From: Macrostomum lignano
Lineage: Eukaryota
DNA length: 54,886 bases
Reading direction: 5' to 3'
Assembly: GCA_002269645.1 (NCBI GenBank)
Contig: NIVC01003747.1
Span: forward strand, 1-54,886
Numbering within the stretch: the first letter of the stretch is position 1; every line of letters begins with the position of its first letter. A program made the position numbers and the translations under genes. Of this stretch, positions 47,901-54,886 are shown in pieces. The notes under the pieces were generated by a model, which saw nothing but the letters and a program-made list of their open reading frames with translations, was not told where the DNA came from and searched no databases.

Positions 47901-50703
47901 ATACCAGATCCGCAAGGAGTCGGCGGCTGCTGCGAATGCCAGCGCTGATTCGGCCACTGAAGGACCACTGGCGATCGCCGGTCCGTCCGCGTCGACTGGG
48001 ACTGCTGCTGCTGCTGCTGCGACTTCCGCAAAGCGACGCAAGATCGACGAGATCGACGAATACCTACTGGGCAGGTTCATCGGTCCAATGGAGGCGGTTA
48101 ACACCATCCTGGGCTTCGAGGTGCACAGCCGATACCCGCCTGTGATCAGGCTCGCGGTTCATCTTAAGGACGAGCAGCGGGTCTTCTTCACTGACGAGAC
48201 GGCTCAGGCTGTTGCTGCTACGCCCAAGGCCACGACTTTGACCGCCTTCTTCGATGTGAGTTTTGCAGACAAAGTGCAATTTGTTAAATTTATTCCTCCT
48301 TCCTGTTTCTACCCGCCCACTTTCCTGTTCCTACCCGCCCAGCTCTGTCGCCATGACGAAATCGCCCGAGGTCTGCTGTACCAGGAGGTGCCCCGGCACT
48401 TCACCTGGGACCCCAGGGCGCACCAGTGGCATCGCGCAGGTCGCGGCCGAGTCGCTGCTGATCAGCCAGCCGATGTTCTGACGACCAGCAACATCGGCCG
48501 CATCTACACAGTCAGTCCTCGGATGGGCGACTGTTTTTACCTGCGCCTGCTGCTGGTGAATGTGCGCGGCCCGACTTCGTTCGAGGCTCTGCGCACTGTT
48601 GACGGAGTCCTGCTGCCGACCTTCAAGGCCGCCTGCCAGGCTCGCGGACTGCTGGAAGACGACAGGCACTGGCAGCTGTGTCTGTATGAGGCTGCCCAGA
48701 CGCGGATGCCTGCTGCTCTGCGCCGACTTTTTGCCGCAATTTTGGCTCACGGCGATCCCAGCGACCCCGCCAAGCTCTGGGAGGAGTTTTCCCGCGAGAT
48801 GGCTGGTGACCTGCTGCATCAGGGCTTGAGCGCCGAGGCTGCTAGGGCCGAAGTGCTGCGGTCGCTGCAGAAGCGGCTGGAGCGGATGGGCGGATCCGAG
48901 CTGTCTGCCTACGGCCTTCCTGAACCACCGGCAGAAGCGGATCAAGTAAATGAACTCACTGCTATGCACACTGACTGTTGATATTTTTAACCTTTAATAG
49001 CTTACTGATGACAGCTTCTTCTCAATATCCAGACTCGGCTTCTTTCTGACTGCCTGCCGACGCCGCAAGAAGCTGCTGAGCTGCAGTCTGAAGTGGATGC
49101 GCTGGTCGCTACCCTGACTGACGAGCAGCGAGCTGTCTTCGAGGCCGTGCAGTCCAATCTGACGGCCGGTGGCGGCGGGCTGCACTTCATTGACGCTCCT
49201 GGAGGCACAGGCAAGACGTTCCTGCTCACGCTTCTGCTGAAGTCGGTTCGAGCAAGGCGTCAAATTGCTGTTGCCGTCGCGTCATCGGGCATCGCGGCGA
49301 CTATTCTTCCCTGAGGTCGGACCGCCCATTCGATGTGAGTTTTGTGTCTGCATCAATCATTTTATAAACGGTTCATTTTTAAGCACAGAAAGGCATCCTT
49401 TTAATCCTTTTAATTTATCCTCAAAATTGAAAATCCTCGCGATACCTGCCTACAGGTTCAAGATCCCCGTCTGCGCTGTACGGCAGGACAGCGCCTTCTG
49501 CTCCATCGGCAGGCGGAGCAAATTGGCGGAGATTCTGCGGAACGCCCGCCTCATCGTGTGGGACGAGGCTCCGATGACGCACCGCAAAGACCTCGAGATC
49601 GTCGAGCGTACTCTGCGGGATTTGCTGCACGGTGGGCAGCCGTTCGGGGGAGCGCTGCTGGTGCTGGCTGGCGACTTTCGCCAGTTGCTTGCTGTTGTGC
49701 CCGGAGGGACGCAGGCCAACACGATTGAAGCCTGCCTGAATCGGTCGGTGCTGTGGCCGCACTTCAGGCAGCACCAGCTAACAAGGAATCTGCGGCTGGA
49801 GGGCGGCTCGGCTCTCCAAAGCTACGCGGATTTTCTTATGCAGGTGAGAATCTATGGAGTTTCTATGCTCTCATTAAGCATGCAAATTGAAGGAAAAAAT
49901 TGTAAAATTTTATTCCACTTTTTCACCGTCAGGTTGGCAACGGGGAGCTGCCAGAGGACGTTGAGGGCATGGTCTCCTTGCCTAGCGAGATCCTTCTGCC
50001 CGAGGACACAACCACTGAGCAGCTCATTCGGCATGTTTACCCGTCCTTTGAGCCGAGTGCGCAGCGTGACCAGATGTTCGCGGAGCGGAGCATCCTGGCG
50101 CCACTCAACAGGACGGTGGACGAGGCCAACGCCGCCTGCTTAGCGCTCTTCCCCGGTGAGAGTCGAGTCTACTTATCTGTTGACTCGATTCCGAATGACG
50201 ACACGGCAGCCACCAATTTTCCACCGGAGCTGCTGAACCGGCTGGACCCCAGCGGTATGTCGCATCACCGACTGGAGCTGAAGGTCGGCATGCCGGTCGT
50301 CATGATGCGGAATCTGGACCCACCGCTGCTGTGCAACGGGACTCGGCTACTGCTGCGTGAACTGCGTGACAACGTCCTGCTAGCGGAGGTAACCACCGGC
50401 GTCTACCGTTCGCGGCAGGTGTTCATCCCGCGGATCCCGCAGGAGCCGAGTCCGACAGAGGTTCCGTTTGTTTTCCGCCGTCTGCAGTTCCGGATCCGGC
50501 CGTGCTTCGCCATGACCATCCACAAGAGCCAGGGCCAGTCGCTGGGCACCTACGCCGTCGACCTGACGACGGCTTGCTTTCAGCATGGCCAGCTCTACGT
50601 GGCTCTGAGTCGTGCGCGGAGTGCCGATGGCGTTAAAGTTCGGGCTCCAGGCGGACGGACGCGGAACATCGTGCTGCGCCAGCTTATTGGCAAGCAGAAC
50701 TGA
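44929..50703 (+). pseudogene. Helitron RepHel transposase (HUH Rep + Pif1-family helicase), 9 exons, about 1568 aa when restored. Exons: 44929-45401, 45554-45671, 45833-46405, 46663-47301, 47417-48255, 48343-48945, 49033-49334, 49456-49843, 49933-50703
   Basis: Zn-finger CPHC..CCHAGK; Rep motifs PDLFLTMTCNPKW, EYQKRG|LPHVH and KYVVKYITKG; helicase motifs DAPGGTGKTF, IVWDEA, GDFRQL, FAMTIHKSQGQSL and HGQLYVALSR. Splice phases are mutually consistent, and the exons sum to 4706 bp (4707 with one base restored). One -1 frameshift at about 46065 and a TGA at 49312-49314. Confidence 0.93.
44998..45390 (+). repeat. 69-bp (23-aa) coding repeats, 5-6 copies, STPR-like, in the RepHel N-terminus
   Basis: ETPEERQHRLEANRRRTAESREA / EGEVKRQNRLEANRRRTDESREA and further copies, with a 23-residue period. 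Confidence 0.75.
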
Positions 50704-50747
50704 TTAGACTCAATTGAATTAACAGACTCAAATGACAGAAATATAAT

Positions 50748-51290
50748 ATGAGTGACATATTATAAGAGTGAGTGATAAATTATGAGAGTGAGAGAAAAAT
50801 TATCAGAGTGAGAGACAAATTATGAGAGTAAGTGAAAAATTATGAGAGTGAGTGACAAATTATGAGAGTGAGTGACAAATTATGAGAATAAATGACAAAT
50901 TATGAGAGTAAGTGACAAATTATGAGAGTGAGGGACAAATTATGAGAGTAAGTGACAAATTATGAGAGTAAGTGACAAATTATGAGAGTGAGTGACAAAT
51001 TATGAGAGTGAGTGACAAATTATGGGAGCGAGTGGGTGAAAAATTATGAGAAGGAGTGGTTAATCATGAGAGGGAGTGAAAAATTATGAGTGACAAATTT
51101 GAGAGCGATAATACTTATGAGGGTGCAAAATTCAGGATGTCATATTGAGTGTGACGAATTATGAGAGTGATAAATTATGAGAGACAAATTATGAGTCAAA
51201 AAAATTTTGAGAGTGACGAATTCACGAGCGAAAATACTTATGCCACATTGAGTGCCAAATTGAGAGTGCGACAAATAATGAGACTGATAA
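50748..51290. repeat. 20-bp tandem repeat (AAATTATGAGAGTGAGTGAC) downstream of the RepHel stop, decaying toward the right
   Basis: Regular 20-bp period at about 50775-51025, degenerate afterwards. Confidence 0.92.
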
Positions 51291-52127
51291 ATCTTTTAAC
51301 ATAAACTATTAGGTAGTGGCAAAACTGTTTCTTGATAGAGTTGCTCATATAAGGGGAGCTTCTAAGAATGCTCAGGCTCCAAGCAATTTAGATTCAATTG
51401 CCGTACTTATTTTTTCTGAATCTTTTTAATGTACAAAGTAGCCGTTCGTAATTATTTATGTATTTTGTTACACGTGTAATATTAACGGCCAATTCACACA
51501 TTTAGTATTGTCAGTTAAGTTATTAGATTTCTTCCACTTTCTCCCCACCTTTGCTTGCACCCCTATTATAACACAATTGCATTGCTTTAATAAAAAATAT
51601 ATGCCATACTGTACTCGGGTGCGCAGGATTCAGAATACAAACGAGCCAGTCGATTGATAGGCTATTAGTAAACATCATAAATAATGAAAAGGTATTACAT
51701 GCACATAAATTCTGAATTAACAATTATGCAATACTTAGCCAATGACCCGTGCTTATACTATCCCTTTAATTTGGTCGTTTCCTGCGCACCCCCCAATGAT
51801 GTCTTTGAATTAGTTTTTTAATATATTTAACGGAGACACAGAAGTATAACTACCTGATAGGAATGGATGCGTTAGTTAGATTTCTAATTGCGCGTTGTGT
51901 ACTGAAAGTGTAGGTCGCTGTGTACGTATTGGAGGGTTGATTTGGATTGCGTAACCTTATAGTTAATTTATAATGAGCCTAACACCGACTGCCTGATAAA
52001 TTGATTACGTCATAAATGCTTTGTGTGACTCTTACTCTGACTGACTTAGCTCATGAGATTCAGCTGATGGATTTCAGGGAATGGAATTCCGGTTATGGGA
52101 TTCCGGTGATGGGAGTTCTTCCCCTTT

Positions 52128-52150
52128 CTCCTCCGGAGGAGTTGGCCTCG
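52128..52150 (+). terminator. Helitron 3' terminal palindrome and CTCG end
   Basis: CTCCTCC/GGAGGAG at 52128-52141, a 5-nt spacer, then CTCG at 52147-52150. The same motif, with a 3-4 nt loop, ends the other units (imperfect in U1). Confidence 0.85.
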
Positions 52151-52380
52151 TACTGTAATAATGAGCCGTACCTTTTTGTAATCCAGTTTGCCAAAACAAT
52201 ATATATACGTACATGTAGAACCAACTTCGGGCACTTCAGGCACTGCGAATTCACTCGATTCAGTTGAAGGGTAGGCAGAGACAGAGAGCCAGCTTTCTGC
52301 CTTAAACTGACTGACTGAATTCATTCTCATAGCATCGCTCTATGCAAATAAGCCTGTCAGCCTCGTCAGCTGTTATCAAA

Positions 52381-52953
52381 CCAACAGCTCCGTTGCATTC
52401 CGCCGCTCTCCCAACAGCTCCGCTGCATTCCGCAGCTCCCCCACAGCTCCGCTGCATTCCGCGCTCTCCCCAACAGCTCCGCTGCATTCCGCAGCTCCCC
52501 CACAGCTCCGCTGCATTCCGCCGCTCTCCCCAACAGCTCCGCTGCTTTCTGCAGCTCCCCACAGCTCCGTTGCATTCCGCCGCTCTCCCAACAGCTCCGC
52601 TGCTTTCCGCAGCTCCGCCACAGCTCCGCTGCATTCACCGCTCCCCCACAGCTCCGCTGCTTTCCGCCGCTCTCCCCAACAGCTCCGCTGCTTTCCGCAG
52701 CTCCCCCACAGCTCCGTTGCATTCCGCCGCTCCCCCCCAACAGCTACGCTGCTTTCCGCCGCTCTCCCCAACAGCTCTGCTGCTTTCCGCCGCTCCCCCC
52801 AACAGCTACGCTGCTTTCCGCCGCTCTCCCCAACAGCTACGCTGCTTTCCGCCGCTCTCCCCAACAGCTCTGCTGCTTTCCGCCGCTCCCCCAACAGCTA
52901 CGCTGCTTTCCGCTGCTCTCCCCAACAGCTCTGCTGCTTTCCGCCGCTCCCCC
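52381..52953. repeat. Right-arm copy of the G-rich minisatellite (C-rich on + strand), shorter than the left copy
   Basis: About 573 bp versus about 698 bp for the left copy; same 29/31-bp units. Confidence 0.92.
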
Positions 52954-53530
52954 GCATGCCTCCAGATCTAGATTCCTTGGTTTTATCCGTGATCCAAAGA
53001 TCCAACTATACAAAATCTCTATCAATCAAACACTAAGTTTGCTGCTCAATCTGCTTTCCATATACCTTGCTTGAGGAGCATATGGATCAGTGAAGTCTAG
53101 CCAGTGTCATTTAGATCGTCAAAAGCAATACAGCATGGCATTACAATGTATTTCAAGCGATTCAAACGGCTATTACGCTAGTAGCATTCAACAAGATTGG
53201 TTTTGGCGCCACGCAAGACGCAATCTAAAATTTTTGGTACAATGTTACGTCAGTAGATACGAAGTACTATAATAATTGTAATGCAGAACACCGGCAGTAG
53301 CTAAATAATGACGCCCGAACTTGAATTTTGCGATAATATTACACGCAATAAATAGCATTGACATCGGAAAGCAATAAGTAAAACAGTAATAAGTATAAGC
53401 TATTGAATTGCGAGTACGCGATATGCACCATCACAGTTCGCAGCTAGGCAAATTATTTTGAAGAGAAAATAATAACAAGGCACACCCAGTATTGTTGAGT
53501 TAAAAGTAACAGTTCACAATGGGAGGCGGT

Positions 53531-54403
53531 GTCAGATCAGTTCTCTCAGTGTGAGCTCTAAAGGCGGCAACAGCGTGCGCCTGGCCAATCACCCCAGCGC
53601 CATCCAACAGGCAATCCGCGACGCGACTCGCCCGGCCGTAGCCCCGGCGCCAGGGGCCCTGCATCGTGAGCAGCAGGACGTCTTGCACTGGTTGAGAACA
53701 GTAGGCCTCCGCGTGGATGGTGTGGCCCGCCAGCTGATGTCTTCGCCTGCGGAGGGTCTCGCTAGGTGATCGCAGCGGTCTGGCAGCGCGGCGTTCTGCA
53801 GGACGACTCGGATGGAGCGGAAGGCCGCCCAGGCCAGGCCCCTGCGTCGCGCCAAGTCCTCCTGGACACTGGGCACAAGATCGCCGGGGTACGTGAAGCA
53901 CGCGCAGCGAGGTAGAGCTGCTGCATGACCGTTGGGTGTCCCAGCAGGTGATTTTGATAGGCAGCTCCGCAGGTACAGTCATCACCTCCGTCTTCTCGAT
54001 GCTCACCGCTAGCCCGACCGATGCCGCAGCTGCCACCAACCAGGCTGTCTAGCATGCGCTGGGCTCCCTCAGCCATAGAGGCGGGCAGCGCCAGGTCGTC
54101 GGCGTAACCCATGACCCCATGAGTGACAGCCGCTTCTCCGATTGGCGGCTGCTTGTTTGCCGGCACAGTAGGAAGCCGTCCTCGTCTGTTGGCAGGGCCC
54201 TAGGTAGCACCCCATCGAGCACCAACACGAAAAGGTAGGACGCAAGCGTGTCGCCTTGCAGCATCCCTGAGGTCGTGTTGAACAGGTCGGATAGTCCGTC
54301 AGGTGTCACCACGGCGGCCAGGGTCTCCTAGAAGAGAGTTATGGTTGCTGCGACCAGTCGCTCCGGCACGTGGTATGACCTCTAGACCGGTGCGAGGACA
54401 TTC
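53531..54403 (-). pseudogene. RTE/RTEX-like RT relic, right-arm copy
   Basis: Same peptides as 7277-8150, with one R>P change and a 2-bp indel seen. Confidence 0.85.
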
Positions 54404-54886
54404 TGAAGAGAGAAAAGAGAAATATTCTTTTTCACTTCTGAAAAGGATAATTAAATTTTATTAGCAGAGCTACGAGAAGGGTGAGGCTGAATAGGAAAAT
54501 AGGGTGGGGCTGGAGGGGCGAAGAGGTTGAGGCTGGGGTAGGAGAGGGTGAGGCTGGAGGGGAGGAGAGGATGCGGCTGAAGAGGAGAGAGTGGGGCTGG
54601 GGGAAGAAGGGGGTGGAGCTGGAGGGGACATGAGAGCGAGGCTGAAAGAGAACAAGGGTAGGTCCTGGAGAGAAGGATAGGGGCTGGAAGGAAGGAGAGG
54701 GTAGGTTTGTGGGGAGAAAAGGGTGAGGATTCAACTGGAGGACATAGTAGGGCTAGAGGGGACGAGGGGGTATTGAAGGAAAGAAGAGAGTAGAGGCTAG
54801 AGGGTAGGAGGACGAGGTTGGAGGAGAAAGGGTGATGTTAGAGAGGAGAAAGGGTGAGGGCTAGAGAGGAGGATGAGGCTAACGGA

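Larger units (their letters stand above)
11623..52150 (+). mobile_element. 40,528-bp composite Helitron insertion: tandem array of 15 non-autonomous units plus one autonomous-type element
   Basis: Begins A|TC at 11622|11623 and ends hairpin-CTCG|T at 52150|52151. The joined flanks reproduce the uninterrupted left-arm sequence with no TSD. Fifteen internal hairpin-CTCG|T junctions. Confidence 0.93.
44154..52150 (+). mobile_element. Autonomous-type Helitron U16, 7997 bp (type A ends)
   Basis: 5' TCTTAATACTAAAAGTGGTGCG; internal RepHel gene; 3' CTCCTCC|GGAGGAG-TTGGC-CTCG. Confidence 0.95.
52151..54886 (-). repeat. Outer segment of the right arm of the large inverted repeat, continuing beyond the window
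   Basis: Reverse complement of 9657..6793; the last base of the window corresponds to 6793. Confidence 0.95.

Noticed and set aside
44901-50586. Antisense and alternative-frame ORFs over the RepHel exons
   Set aside because: Expected shadows of GC-rich coding sequence; no recognisable motifs.
11623-52150. Helentron/DINE-1 classification
   Set aside because: Ends are 5' TC with a 3' hairpin plus CTCG at an A|T target, and no endonuclease domain follows the helicase, which fits canonical Helitrons.
6793-54886. Large inverted repeat as a fold-back read or assembly artefact
   Set aside because: The arms differ by a clean 40.5-kb A|T insertion, substitutions and minisatellite length, and are separated by a unique spacer. 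Read-level confirmation is still advisable.
6793-54886. Polinton/Maverick or another giant TIR element containing the Helitron as its own cargo
   Set aside because: No polymerase, integrase, capsid or DDE transposase gene is seen, and the Helitron DNA interrupts one arm rather than lying between the arms.

Overview
Repeat-dominated eukaryotic (animal-like) DNA with no complete host gene. From left to right: a candidate host exon, a decayed mariner, a 298-bp hAT-type MITE with an 8-bp TSD, and a pyrimidine minisatellite. Next comes a large inverted repeat. Its left arm spans at least 6793-9989 and carries an RTE-like RT relic and a G-rich minisatellite. A 1.3-kb spacer holds a second mariner relic. 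The right arm (11285-11622 plus 52151-54886, running off the window) is split by one 40,528-bp insertion at 11623-52150. That insertion starts TC, ends with a hairpin plus CTCG, and sits between an A and a T with no TSD; the uninterrupted site is visible in the left arm at 9657|9658. It is a head-to-tail train of 15 non-autonomous Helitron units (1.1-3.1 kb, two end-subfamilies, each with a short (CCCTAA)n tract) followed by one 8.0-kb autonomous-type Helitron. The latter encodes a 9-exon, about 1568-aa RepHel with one frameshift and one nonsense codon. The main hypothesis is that the array grew in a polarised way, by repeated insertion at the regenerated A|TC 5' boundary, so that unit order records Helitron activity over time. 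Identities were judged by eye, without alignment tools.
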